Positions 37,617 through 51,539 are shown, numbered from the stretch's first letter. The stretch is DNA of 64,000 nt from Nemertoderma westbladi (GCA_032718475.1 JAUCBJ010005652.1:1-64000), one strand, 5' to 3'. Numbers and translations: made by a program. Notes: generated by a model not told the origin, from the sequence alone.

Positions 37617-40600
37617 TACTCCAGTCCCTGGCTTTAGACCCCGTACGAATTTTGGGGTGGACGGGGTTTCTCACCGAATCCTAGTTGGACATACATATAT
37701 GGGTGAAAAAAACTTGGGTAGACTTTCTGGTTCCTGGGCGTAAGTTTTTTATAGCCATTTGTTTTGTGCGTCCGTGAGCTGTTCACAATTTCAAAAATTG
37801 TGGCGATTTGAGTATTTACTATGACAGTTTCCAACGTAACATAATAATACACTTTAAAAATTGTGGTGAAAGTGGTAAAACATACCAGCGAATTTTTGCG
37901 TTATACGCCACATAATATACAGTACCTGTTTTTTAATACATTGTGAAAAGATCCAATTATTTCATGTAATAATGTTACCTATACATATTTTCTATGCTGT
38001 GCAAGTAAATACATTGTGTTCTAGAATACTAGCTACTAATTTATAGCTATTAATAAAATTTGTTACATCATCTTAGGTATTTATTTTTAACATCATTTTA
38101 AGTATTTATTTTAAACATAAATCATTAATTTAACATAAAAACAGAAAGCAAAAGTTCTTGGTCTCACCGATAATGTTCGTTAAATGGTATTTTCCGAACT
38201 TCAGGGTCCCCATAAACATAACCATGTAGGCTAATTATTTCTGTTACTGCACATCTTTCGCTATATTTTTCAATAAGAAATATCACAGAATTGTTCTAGA
38301 ACAATTTACAAACACATTATATTAACGCAAATATATGTTATTAAAAAATCATTAAAAAATCATATGTGGCATATAATGCAAAAGTACCAGTAGCTAACAA
38401 AACTGTGTTAGCTACAGTTTCATATTGTTTGATACGGGTATATATATTTTATACGTAAGAAGGCCCGTCATATTTTATTTATAATGTAGAAAGAAGGTGT
38501 TAAAAGTACAGTACATATAATAAATAATATAATTATTTATCTTGTTGAACATCGAACAGTTTTTTTTTCAAATGGGAGACAACAAGGAACTTGTTGGACT
38601 ACAACTTTGCAGAACTACAACATTAATTCGAGATGGTTTGGGACATCAATTGTTTGTGATGCTTCACGGTGTGTTATCTGTCAACAAGTTAGGTTAGGGG
38701 GTTCAGGGGACAATATCACAGTTACCGGAACAACCGAAGGTAGAAAGAAAATACTAGCATCCGCACAAATCCGAAAAGAAAATCGAAAATCCGAAAATCG
38801 CGTAGAAATCTTGCACAATACACTATTCATTCTTGTTCCATAAACGCAGCTCTTCCAAGTCACTTTACATCAAATAACTTTACAGTTGGAGCACGAGCAA
38901 TGGATAATTTCGATCATGAGGAATCCACCCTTTCTGGTCTACAGGGAACTCACGACACCGTTATGGTTTTATTCCAAGAAGCTCCAAGTGTAATTCCAAG
39001 CAAACCAAAACTCTCGACAATCGTTCAGAGTAAATCAGCTAAGCGCACTGGATCCTTACTTCCTTGTCAACATCTCAGATCCTATGATAAACCATCAAAA
39101 TCAGTTATACAAATCCCACCGGATTTTCCAGTTTCTGAAGTGACAACGTGCTCAACAAATAGCGATGTAAGACAAGAGGAGACTGTGATAAGTATGCTAC
39201 AAGCTGTAGGAGGTTTACACAACCAAAACACTGTGTCATGGTCTGGGATTCACGCAATTATCTCAAACGAAGACGTCCCTCTACAACATGTAGGTTTTCT
39301 ACCAATATTACCTTATCCTGTTACTAAGTATGACAGATGAAAAATGAAAAATTTTCAAAGCTTACTTGTCCATCTACAACAACAGGCACTTCCACTTGCA
39401 TGTGATGAAGGAGTCTACCATATTGCTGCTGAAATTCAATTGGTGTCTAACGAATTTAGTGATATTGTGCTTCTAATGGGGTCATTTCATCTTACAAAAA
39501 TACTCCTTGCATGTATTGGAAAGTATGTTGCAGGTAGCGGCCTAGAATCTGTTCTTATTGAAAACAGTGTGTTCGGACCTAACGTTACTGAAAGTGTCTT
39601 AAAGGGTAGCAATTATGTAAGGTCAGTTAAGGGAATGTTTATGCTGGCGGAAGTTGTAGAGCGACTAAAATGGAAATCCTTTCTAAGCAACATACAAGAT
39701 GATGAGCCAGACTTAGTCAATTTAGAAGTGGTAGATAATTTAGTCAATGCCATTCACCTTAAGAAGACAAATGATGCTAAATTACTGTTTAAGGAGCTAA
39801 GTACAAATTCAAAATCTATATTAGAAGAATTTGAAACGTTCTCACATAATGAAGTGGAACAATAATAAAGTGGAACATATCGGTCCTATTAGTGAGGCTA
39901 TACTTGCATGTCATTACCTCACTGGATCTGATGTTACTAGCAAAATAGGCACCAAAAGGGCAGCCCTAAAGGTGCACCCAGAACTCTATTTAAAGAACTT
40001 CGGGCGATGTTTCCCACCTAATAAAGAATCATTCAAACATGCAGAGCAATATTTGGTTAAGGTCATAAAGCCACGATCGACTAGTAAAACGTTTGACAGT
40101 CTTCGATCCGAAATCGTTAGACAAGAAGGTGCTCCAAACTTATTAAACCTTCCTTGTTCAAGTCATTCATTGCAGGGTCATTTGTTGCGCGCCTTCTACA
40201 ATGTTTATTTGTGTACATCAGTATTAAATAGTAACTCGCCCAACCTAGAACCAACAGATTATGGATGGTCTATTAATGAGAATGACTCATCAATCATGCC
40301 CGATCCTTGGAATAATGAACTACCTAAATGGGCTACGATTACTTGCTTCTGCAAGAAGTGCAATACTATGCGATGCAGATGCCGGAAAGATATCGTTTCT
40401 TGCACATCATTTTGCAAATGCAATTTTGAAATGGAGTGCGAAAATATTCCATAATAAGAACATTTTATAATTCATAGCATTTAATTAACATTATATAACA
40501 TTTCATAATAAATTCACTCATTGATCATATCAATATAACTATTTTACTGTGCCCTCGTTTCTTTATAACTCGCTTCGATCGGTTTATGATGAATTGGAGC

Positions 40601-40870
40601 ATCGTAAAACCGTTATATTTGGTTAACTCTGGTAACAACAGCTAAATAATATTTATCATTTGTACTCTTGATTTGGAAAAGTGATGAGGACACAGATGAA
40701 TATTTGTATATTTATGACGTCATAAAATGACGTCATAAAAAACTTAGGCCCAGGAACCTAAAAGTCTACCCAATTTTTTTTTCTTCATTTTTGGATCCCA
40801 AACCCAGTTCAAGTGAGAAACGGCGTCCACCTCGAAATTCCTACGGGACTTAAGGCCAGGGACTGGATTA
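37617..40870 (+). mobile_element. Academ (AcademX-like) DNA transposon, internally deleted
   Basis: TIRs TACTCCAGTCCCTGGC... / ...GCCAGGGACTGGATTA; 3-bp TSD CAT (37614-37616, 40871-40873); empty site seen in element 2 near 50355. Confidence 0.85.
38572..40454 (+). pseudogene. Academ transposase remnants with XPG-like and Cys8 zinc-finger parts
   Basis: DNFDHEESTLSG..THDT, ACDEGVY, MGSFH, HYLTGSDVTSKIGTK, CFCKKC..CRCRK...CTSFCKC; fragmented frames. Confidence 0.82.
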
Positions 40871-41406
40871 CATTGGAATCACCCTAATTCTACCGCTAGC
40901 TTTACATAATGTCACCATAGCAACAACCACGCTAGAATTAGCATTGAGTTAAAAGAACAATAGAAAGCTTGTCCCATTGAATAGCATAGGGAATAAATAG
41001 CGCACTACTAGTATCCAAGGATACATAATAATACAGTGACATTCTGGAAGGCATTGACTAACGGACAAATGGCCCGAATGTGCGTAGTTGTGACCAGTTG
41101 TGTGGTATTTGTGAGTTTATAGGTGAATGTTACTGCTAAAGTGTGTTTACAGTAGCTAGTCGCGATCGTAAAAGTAACCTAACTCTCCAAGGAAAACCTG
41201 AAGTACATCTAAGCCTTTGGGACGGACAGTTGAGTGACTTGTGCCGGTTGTCGTTGTGCGGCTACGTCGTTGGCGAAAGTACAGTGGCGACGACACATCG
41301 GCGCTGAGGATCTCGTACTGTCCGGGGGTTGATTGGGGTAGGCAGCGACGCCCGCTCGCCTAAATATAAACTCATTATAATATGGATAAACTCATATATA
41401 GCAGAT

Positions 41407-42600
41407 ATGACGGAGTTGATAGAAGATGGTCTTGGTATCGGGGAGCGATATACTCTACTTTTACAAGCGTTTGTTGATAGCTTAATACGCGGCGACGTTA
41501 GCCCAACTGCTGCGGAGGACGATGGTCGTTATATCGAACCGCCAATGTCCCAAGAGCAGCTCGCGCGAGTTGGACTATAGAAAATTCGCTGCTCGATATA
41601 CGCAGCGTAATGGTACGTATATGGGCTTCTTAACTACTGATCATCCTATCGATTTACGCAATACGGACTATGTCGACTATATATCCTGCCCAGCGGAGTC
41701 GGAACCATAAATTGAAATTCGAATGCGAAAATTCTATTCGAAATCGGCTCGAAAGAAAAGGCATTAAAGAAACAAATAAACGCGGTAACTCCAACATATA
41801 TTTGGAATTCTTGATAGAAGCATTGTAACAACAAATAAATATCATCCGCGTTTCCCCTACCAGACGTGCGTCTTTGGTATTATTACGATAAATGCCCTAG
41901 ACCCAACTAATAAACGGAAAGACATAAACATCCACGGAAACGTTGCGTTAAACACAGTTGTGCTCGTTATATTTACTGGAGTTTCGAGCGAAACTTGTTT
42001 GACGTATCACCTATGCTCACTCGGCTCGAACGATCCTGGAGTAAACCTACGATCAGAGTCCCGGAATACTCGGTCAAACCTCCTCATTCCTTAGTTGGAC
42101 CTCAGACCTGCGATCCTGGTGGTGTCGCGGATCCTCGCGGACTGTATTCACTGTTCAAAGATCTAGTGCTACCCTAACAATTAATCGGTAACACTCAGAC
42201 AGTGATTTCTAGCTAGCCGCCCATCTTACCTAGCCGGATTGTGACGCGGACACCTAATATCACTATCCAACCGTATGGTCGTCCCCGTTTAACGCGATAC
42301 AACCCTTCATCAAGGTGAAGGAGAGCGTTGTACGACACGAGTTAAACGCTATTCTATAACGATCAAAAAAGAAACCTGCGTTTGTTCAGATAAACGTAAG
42401 TTATAACAGTAAGTCCAATCGATAAACGAATTGGCCTTATCTCAATTCGATTGGGAAATCCAGAATCTCTAAGAAGTTATCGAACTTGGACGATCCTATT
42501 CTCTGCGAGAGTTTTTGGATGAACGTATCCAGCTACGAGCGGAGGAAAATCAGCTCGAGGAGAAGCATATCGAAACGGCAGATACCTCGACCACAATCCT
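41407..42600 (+). pseudogene. Disrupted 3' accessory ORF cluster of element 1, function unknown
   Basis: Homologous to 48442-49904 on the minus strand (EDDGRYIEP, ELDYRKF, NALDPTN, YSLFKDLVLP, EENQLEEKHI). Confidence 0.7.
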
Positions 42601-42816
42601 ACACCTTCTGATGCAATCATATTGCACCCTTCACCCAGGAGTTATGGCCCTCCTAGTAAAGTGGCTCCCCCCAAAGAGAAAAAGACTCTTGCTAGCCTCA
42701 AAAAACTGCGTAAACGCCGTCTGCGTAAGAAAGACTAACTGTTTAGAGTATCTTTATGTTTTAGAAACTGTGATTTTTATATTTTATAGACTGAAAATCC
42801 CATTTTCTGGGAGCGG

Positions 42817-43998
42817 TGTAAAAGCTTTTGCTGAATTGTCCGGTTATTTTTCCTTATTTTTCCCGTAAAATACTCTGTAGTTGGTTTACCAGGCATAAAA
42901 AGGCCGTGTCCTTGCTGTACTGGTGTTTTAGCGGACATAAAAGCTATTTCTTCTGTATTTGTACTTTAGAGGACATAATCCGTAATTCCGTGACGTAAAA
43001 GCTCGATACTCTTGAAAACAGTGTCGCTACCATGACGACGGCTAGCAGCTGATATTGCCACGTCGACGTTTCTTTGTTCTCTCGTTGTTCAGGTTGACCA
43101 ATCAGAGCGTTTGTTGTCTCTGTGTTGGAGGTGTATACAGAAACTCAGTAGTTCAGTGTTATGTTTTTGCCCAGAGCCTAAGAACCGGCTTTTGGCACCT
43201 CCGTGTTTTCAGTTTTTAGTCTTACACTAGTAGGCTTAATTATAAGGACATATATCCGTTATCTGATGTCTGCATACTGCATACTGCATACACTGCATAC
43301 TGTGTAACACTGTGCATACTTTTATATTGTTATACTGCTATTTACTGTCAGTTCTTCATAATATGGTTGATGAATTATTATATTTGGAATAACGACAAAT
43401 AACCCCGAAAACCCAATATTCTTGATATACCGAAGGTAAGAGAGAAAGGTTACAGATAAATGATTGCGACCTATGTTGAGTGGTTTGAAGTGAATCTAAT
43501 GTTATTTGATAGACCCTACATGATTCGGTCCGTGTTCCTTTTATATGTGACTAAAATCAGTGAAGATCGGCAGATCAGTGTGCAGTATTGTGCAGCATTG
43601 TGTATGAGTGAGACTGATAACGAAGCATTTCCTAAAGAATGCGCCATATATGTGAATTGTAACTAAGCCATATCGTTGTGAGTAGTTTAAGTCATAACTC
43701 TGTTTATATAGATAGAGCGCCACGTCCTAAAGGAACTGTTAATATTTCCCGAAGGTGAATAATATTGTCAGAGATTATATAATACTGTCAGTCGAATAAT
43801 ACATTAGGCTTACATAGCAATAAAATTAAGCCGTCGAACCCAATCTCCCGGGTATATCCAGCGGGTGAATGATCGCGCACAGATTGGTTTCGACTAGTGT
43901 AGTGAATTAAATACTTGTCATAGACTAAAGGTGATTTATTATCTAGAAGACATCCTAATTTGGCGGGTTAAACTGCCAAAGGTCTGAAAGCGCGAACA
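42817..43998 (+). repeat. 3' LTR of element 1 (1182 bp), preceded by a short PPT-like GGGAGCGG
   Basis: TGTAAAAGCTTTTG...AAAGCGCGAACA followed by TSD CTCTC. Confidence 0.96.
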
Positions 43999-44068
43999 CT
44001 CTCTCACAGAGATATTTACTTATTTTTATAATGTATTTGAAAACGTTGCCATCCCGCAGTTCCACGCT

Positions 44069-47061
44069 ATGGTTAAAGGACGCCATTATTCATCTTATAT
44101 ACGTAAACGAATATGGAGCATATATCTTCTACATGGGAAGAAACCTCATGAAATAGTTGAAATTATAGAAATTGAAGAGAACACCCGTGTGGGAATTCAA
44201 GGAGTCAGGCGGTTGATATTAAAAAAAAAATATATAGGAGAAAGTCGGAATATACGTCCAGGTAGAAAAATAAAGGTTCCTCAGTTTGTGTTTAAATTCA
44301 TTGATGAATTGCTTGAAAAAACTAACGGCGAGGCAACGGGGTCCAAGATCCGTAACCAACTTCAATCAAAGTTTAATTTGATTTTCTCAATCTCTACAAT
44401 TCATCGCATTCGTCAACAATTAGGTTGGGTTTATGCCAATGCAAAGTATTGTCAGTTTGTTCGAGATGTGAATAAAGTGAAACGACTGGCGTTTGTCAAC
44501 AAGTTACAAGGTTTGTAAAATCATTAATAAATATTAATTACGATACTGTATATTTATTTTCCCTTGAATATTAACCTTCTATCTCCCAGTGTTCCCAATT
44601 GGGAGCAGTTTTTTAAATTCAACTGGAGGAAATTTAACTTAGGCTTATAACAGTGCCGGATTAACCTTAAGGAATATAAGGCACGTGCCTTAGGGCCAGC
44701 CGAAAATACGGGCCATTTTTTCTCAGCGAGTCATTCCTGTGAAAAAATTTTTTTATCTGAAAAGTCCACATTTTTTCTCACTAAAATTTGTAGAAATTTG
44801 TGATAGAAAATTCTAGCTCAGACAATTAACCGACAGGTGCTGTGTTATTAGTTCCTTACCTGATGGCAGGGAAATAATAAAACATGGGCAGTAAAACTTT
44901 AAAGTGCTAATTATGAACAGTGGATAATTTAATTTTATTTATTTGTGGGGAATTATTTGTAGTTATGCTCTTAAACTTTCTAGAACAACCAAATAATGAC
45001 GTGGTGACATACTGGAATACTGTACATAGTAAATGTATGGCGTGGAGATATGGTAGTGCGAAATTTTTTTTTTTACCGGAAACGAGTTTTATAAATACAT
45101 GTAGGCCCTAATAGATAAAACAAAAGGATAAATTAGTTGTAGATAAAATAGTTGTTGATAAAAAAAAACGTTTCAGAAATAACTTCTTGTCACTACTGTA
45201 ATTTAATTTAACCGAAATTCAGATGTTCTGCCCTCGTGTATGAATTTTGCATTCGATGGCATTTTAGGTGCAATTCCTGCAAAACCTAAAACTCTCGGAC
45301 AGCATAATTGAATTTGGGTAGATTTAATTTAGTGACAAAAACTGCTTATTTCCAAGTCTGTTCTCTTATCGAAGAACATTACTTTCTCAGCAAGTCCAAA
45401 TCTTGATCAGAAATATTAGATCTTTGCACTAAGCCCACACTTTTGGTGTGCTATATTTCTCAGCAAGTCCTGTAAAGATAATTAGGCCTATCCTGCGAAA
45501 CCTACAGCAAATAAATAACATATTCCCGCGATCCGATCAAAATTGCTAAATGCCTAAAGGGGCCAGTCAGCCTTAAAGGGGCCAACTATATAACCCCTAC
45601 AGAAATGAAATTTTCGAAAATTTACACAATTTTTTGTTGTTTAATAGAAGGGCTTTCATGAGGTGATATCGGTTTTCAACATTGAATTATTTTTTGACCT
45701 CAAAAATGCTCTTTTCAACAACATAATATATTGCTGATATTTATGACTCTCTGTATAAAACAACCTTTTTATCAGTTTGTCGATTTTGACTTTTATCATC
45801 ACTAAATTCCCTACTATGTACTATTTTATTTTTTACTCAATTGCCATCAAACATATACCAAAATGTTCAGCAGCTATAGGAATACTATCGTTGGGATCTT
45901 CTAGAACCGATTTTGTAACAGCTACACTTTGTCTATCCAAAATATTTGATTCCCAAAATATAGCCCGGACATACTAAAACCCCCATCAATTTTTCAATAA
46001 CAATAATTTTGTGCTAAAATTTTCATAGAAGGTAGCCTTCATATCTAGGTCCATTTTAACAAAGTCTTGGACCAAGAACTTTAATGCAGGTGGTATTAAA
46101 GATCCTCAAAGATGAGCTAATTTACATATAAATGCCTCAAAATTTATATTACTTTTGAAAAAAACCGACCTGTTCAAAAAGTGCCATATTTTTCGAACAA
46201 TCGGTTTATGAAGCTATATCTATACTCAATTTTCATAGTATATTAAAGATCACAGATAATTGTGTTAAAGTTTCATAATAGTACATTTATAAATAAAACA
46301 AATAGATTCGGGGTAATGGTCCCATTAATATATTAAAAATTAAAGCTTGGGAAATTCTACCAAATCCATTGCACTTTTTGCAGTGCATACACTTTTTATA
46401 GCAAAGGTTTTATAGGCATAATAGGCCGTTTCGTAATGTTACTATTCTTGATGAAAACTATTTTTGCAAAGTACTTATTATTAAAGTAATTGGTACTTAT
46501 TGGCAACGAGTCATCCAACGAAAATACTTTATATTTCCTTCGCAACATTTTGACAATTTCAGTTGTCTTTAGCAGCTTTTTTTTTAAAGAGTTTGCGGAA
46601 AAATATTTAATTTTCGGGCCATTTTTGGAAATTACTAAAATGTGCTTTAGGGCCACCAGAGGCTTAATCCGGCACTGCATCCATCGAATTTAACTTAGGC
46701 TTATAATACTTTTTTTAATGTTAATATGTTTAGGAAGAGTGGAATATTGTTTTTAATTTTCAACTTCAAGTGTTTTCAAACTTCAAGTTGGTCTTTTGGC
46801 ATGCCAAATTCTGCTAATTCTCATTTTTTTCGATTTTTGGGACATGCAAACGATATTGGTCAAAAACGTTACAAATTTGATATTCCAAACTAGTGACGAC
46901 ATTAAAATTAGGTTTTTAAATAATATGACATTATTATTTGAAAAAAAAAATTCAGAAAAACGACTATCTTGTGCCAAATTACTTCCTTTAAAATACCCTC
47001 CCGACCACACGTCCTACGAAGAGTGGTTTTCACTGACGAGTGCGCAGTGTGTCTCGATAAC
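44069..47061 (+). pseudogene. Tc1/IS630-like transposase, interrupted (HTH part 44069-44518; catalytic start 'VVFTDECAVCLDN' at about 47023-47061)
   Basis: PGRK motif, 'STIHRIRQQLGW...YCQFVRDVNKVKRL'; first catalytic Asp motif cut off by the element 2 LTR. Confidence 0.75.
44651..46677. mobile_element. hAT-like non-autonomous element inside the Tc1-like gene
   Basis: TIR CAGTGCCGGATTAA / TTAATCCGGCACTG; flanks carry an offset 20-bp duplication rather than a clean 8-bp TSD. Confidence 0.7.
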
Positions 47062-48273
47062 TGTTCGCGCTTTCAGACCTTTAGCAGTTTAACCTGCCAA
47101 TTTTAGGTGTCCTCTTGTTTATAAATCGACTTTAGCCTATAACAATTATTTAATGCACATGAAGTAACATTAGCCGAAGCCAGTCTATGCGCGATCATTC
47201 ACCCACAGTTAAGGGAGACTGGATTCGGATGCTTTGACCTTATTGCGTTGCAGACCTACTGTATTATTCGATTGATTGTTAGTATATAATCTCTGACAAT
47301 ATTATTCACTTTCAGGGAAATATTAACAGTTCCTTTAGGACGTGGCGCTTTAAGTATAAAACAGAGTTATGACTTATACTAAACACAACGAGATGGCTAA
47401 TGATTTTCGTAAATAGCGCATTCTTTAGGAGATGCTTTATTATCTGTCACACTGCTGCATACGATTTCACACTGCTGCACACTGATCTGCCGACCGTCAC
47501 TGAATTTGATCATATATAAGGAGGATAGCCACTGACACATGTAGGGATTATGAAATAGCATTTACTGCACACTAAAACCAATGTAATGTAAGTCGCAGTT
47601 GCTACCGGTAACCGGTCCCTCTAACCTTCAGTAATCAAGAAGATTGGGGTTTTATGATTATTTATCGATATTCTCCAAATATAACAACATATCCATCAAC
47701 ATATAACCATTAATAACAGACAGTAAACAGAAGTACAATAATGCGGTGATATTCAGCCAGTATCGGTAATACCGGTACCGCAGTTGCAGGTGCAGTATCA
47801 AAGTTGTTCAGTTAGTGCAGACTGCAATTTCATCAGTCAGGTGATCGGAGATAATAGATTTACGTTCTTGTAATCAAAGCCGTCTAATGTTGGCCAAAGT
47901 CTGAAACTTCTAACACAGAAGTACAGAAGAATCCTAAGCCGGTGTTCTGGGCTTAGAAAAGATACACACTGACTGAATTGCGTGGGTTTCTGTAGGCACT
48001 GTCCAACACAAAGTGAAAATCGCTCTGATTGGCCGAGCAGAACAAAGAACAAAGAAAAGCTCCACGCTGGCAGTAAATCAGCTGACAAATGTCGTCATCT
48101 GAACTACACTCTATTTAGAGTATTTGGCGTATTGCGGCATAAAATGGCTTGTTATGTCCGCTAAAACACCTACAGGGTACATTGCGGAGAAAATGGCTTG
48201 TTATGTCCGCTAAAACAACTAAACAGTTCATTGCGGAGAAAAATGACTGGTTATATCCGCAAAAGCTTTTACA
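47062..48273 (-). repeat. 3' LTR of element 2 (1212 bp, diverged subfamily) with ~50-bp U3 tandem repeats at 48140-48260
   Basis: Reverse complement starts TGTAAAAGCTTTTG and ends GAAAGCGCGAACA; PPT-like CTGGGAGCGG adjacent. Confidence 0.93.
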
Positions 48274-48441
48274 CCGCTCCCAGAAAATGGGATTTAATTC
48301 TATAAAATATAAAAATCACAGTTTCTAAAATATAAAAATACTCTAAACAGTTAGTCTTTCTTTCGCGAACGGGGTTTACGCAGTTTTTTGATGCTAGCAA
48401 GAGTCCTTTTCTCTTTGGGGCCAGCCACTTTACTAGGAGGG

Positions 48442-49904
48442 CTATAACTCCTGGGTGAAGGGTGCAATACAATTGCATCGGAAGGTTTTAGGATTACGGT
48501 CGGTGTATCCGCCGGTCAAGGTACCCGGTTGATCGGTATCAACCTCAGTGGAATGAGGTCGAACAACCTTGAGAGCGCGTTTTAAGACAGCGGCTCTTAC
48601 TGGTTCCTGACGGGTCGTTTGCACGAGAGCGGTAGGTGGACCGTGTGTAGTGAGAAATTTCCTCGGTTTGATGGTTCTTTTCGACTCGCGTTCTCGGGCT
48701 CTGTGGAAATCGATATGCTTCTCCTCGAGCTGATTTTCCTCTGTTTGTCGTTGGAAGCATTCATCCAAAACTCTTGCAGAGAGTAGGGTCGTCCAAGTTC
48801 GATATCTTCTTAGAGATTCTGGGTTTCCCGATTGAACTGAGATAAGTTAATTCGTTTACCGCTTGGACTTGCTGCTACAATTTACGTTTCTCTGAACAAT
48901 TGTAGGTTCCTTTTCCGATCTTTTGTCTAATAGTGTCTAATGCATTGCGTACAACTCTCTCCTCCACTTCGGTGACAAGTTGTATCGGGGTTAAACCGGG
49001 ACGATTATACGGGTTGAACGGTGATATTAAATGTCCGCGTCCCGATCCGGCTAGGTAGGATGGGCGAATATCTAGGGAGCCCATAACCGGAGTGCCACCG
49101 ACTAATTGTTCGGGTAACACCAGATCTTTGAACAATGAGTACAGTTCAGGAGGATCCGTCATACTATTATGATCAAGAGTCTGAGGTCTCACTGGGGAAT
49201 GAGGAGGTCTGACCGAGTATTCCGGAACTCTGATCAACGGTTTATTTAAGGATTGTTTGCGTCGAGCGAGCGTAGGTGATACGTCGAACAAGTTTCGCTC
49301 GAAACTCCCGTAAATATAGCGAGTAAAAACTGTGTTTAGTGCAACGTCTCCGCGGATGTTTATGTCTTTCCGTGTGTTGGTTGGGTCTAGGGCATTCATC
49401 GTAATAATACCAAAGACGCACGTCTTGTAGGGGAAACGCTGGTGATCTTTCTCCAGTTTTACAATGTCTCTCTCAGGAATTCCAAATATACGTTGAAGTC
49501 AATGCGTTTATCCGGTTCTTTAACATCTTCTCTTTCGAGTTGGTTTCGAATAGAATTTTCGTGTTCGATTCTCAGTTTATCGTTCTGACTCCACTGGGTA
49601 TGATATTTAAATAGGATCATTTCCCTTTCGGTGTCTACATCGTCCATATCGTGTAAATCGATAGGATGGCCAGTAGTAAAGAAGTCTATATACGTACCAT
49701 TACGATGCGTAGAGCGAGCGGTGAATTTTCTATAGTCCAATTCACGCGTGAGCTGTTCCTTTGACATTAGCGGTTCGATATAACGGCCATCGTCCTCCGT
49801 AGTAGAGGGACTAGCGTCACCGTGTATTAAACTATCAACAACGCTTGCAATGGTAGGGTATATCGCTCCCTGATACCAATATCATCTTCTATCAACTCAG
49901 ACAT
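48442..49904 (-). CDS. 3' accessory ORFs of element 2 (49904-49459 with one frameshift, 49399-48875, 48768-48442), function unknown
   Basis: ORFs of 102, 174 and 108 aa in the track, conserved at protein level with element 1; no TM segment or recognisable domain. Confidence 0.6.
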
Positions 49905-51539
49905 AGCTGCTATAAGAGTTTATCAATATTATAATTAATTATAATTAGGCTAGCGGGCGTCGCTGCCTACCCCTCACGGCCCCCGGACAGTGCAAGATCC
50001 TCAGCGCTGATGTACTGTCGCCTTCAGGTTCTTACTGCAGGGTTAGGGCTACTTTCACAACTGCGACTCGCTACTGTAAACACACTTTAGTAGTAACATT
50101 CACCTATAAACGCACAAATTCCACACAACTGTCACAAATTGTACACATTCGGGCCATTTGTCCGTTAGTCAAGTGCCTTTCAGAATGCCACGTTATTATT
50201 ATGTATCTCTGGATACTAGCAGTGCGCTATTTATTGCGTATGCTATTCAATGGGGCAAGCTTTTTATTGTTCTTTTAACTCACTTTTAATTCTAGCGTGG
50301 TTGTTGCCATGGTGACATTATGGAAAGCTAGCAGTAGAATTAGGGTAATTCTCATGCATACAGATCTGGGATGCTATTTAATAGTAATTCTTTAATTGTC
50401 AATATTCCCCTTTATACATGATTTTATGAATTTTATCGGCTATTGACTATATATTGGAGATTCTCGCACACTGATACACTTAATAGGGTGAATCTCCACT
50501 CCCATGATCTATTAATTAATGTAATTTTGGGAATATTATAAATTGTATAAAATAACAATTTATCAAATTCATGAAAGGATATGAATTTAAATTTATTCCC
50601 GTAAATTTTATTATTTAATATGGAATAGACACAATTTTATTCCAGAGCATGTCTGGGGACTGGGATCCTTGATTCTAGGAAATTTGTCTTTTTAAGAGTA
50701 TCGGTAAGTGCTACGATATCTTAATCGACTAGAATTTTAAAGGATCTAATTTTTAACAGATTTTAATTTATAAATTTTCATGGTTTACAAACTCCTTAGA
50801 GTTTATTTGTGTGTATTTACTCTATTATAACATTTGTTTTAATAGATTTTTATAAATATTAACTATGTAATATTTAAGATGGGCACCGATTTATTCCAGA
50901 ACATGTCTGGGGACGTTAACCACTGATTCTAGAATTTTGTCTTTCAAGTATATCGGTGGGTGCCGCGATATCTTAATTGACTAGAATTACAGATGGTCAA
51001 AGGGTTTAACAGATTTATTTGCGTTGTACGCTACTGTTAAAGGGACATCACGCTACTATATGTATTATTTAATATACGGTATGAGAGCAATATTGCAATA
51101 AGCAATGTCAGTGAGAAGAGGCAAGTCGTTTCCAAGGTCAACCCAGAGCTTGGTTTAGCCGAGACACGAGGATCTGAACTTTGCATTCCTAATACTCTAC
51201 TTACCAATAATACTTGAGTATAGTAGGAGCATAGTAATAAGTACGGACATTTCATCTTACTGTAATCACGTATTTATAATATGATACGGACAGTAAGGAA
51301 AGAGAAAAATAATTATTTCTCGCCGTTGCACTAAATATATATAATATAAGTAATTAAGTAATAAACGCGAATATATATTGCACTAATCTACTAAATAACC
51401 ACTAAAATAACATTCTACTGAATAAAATTAAAGAAAACGATTATTATAAAATTACATAATAATACATACCTAAATATAAGAATAATAAAAAACGAATATA
51501 AAATAATATGGTCACACACCCACTCCAGACGCTATTACG

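Larger units (their letters stand above)
22547..43998 (+). mobile_element. BEL/Pao LTR retrotransposon, element 1 (both LTRs present, pol deleted, two nested insertions)
   Basis: TG...CA LTRs; 5-bp TSD CTCTC at 22542-22546 and 43999-44003; BEL-type Gag with three Cys/His knuckles, protease ALLDSGS, 'NPTDIAFRG' remnant. Confidence 0.95.

Noticed and set aside
41270-41335. CTGAGGA resembling a hammerhead ribozyme core
   Set aside because: No stem II-GAAA arrangement, and the nearby GAAA context is not conserved in element 2
41407-42600. env gene as the identity of the 3' accessory ORFs
   Set aside because: No signal peptide, TM anchor or Cys-rich ectodomain visible
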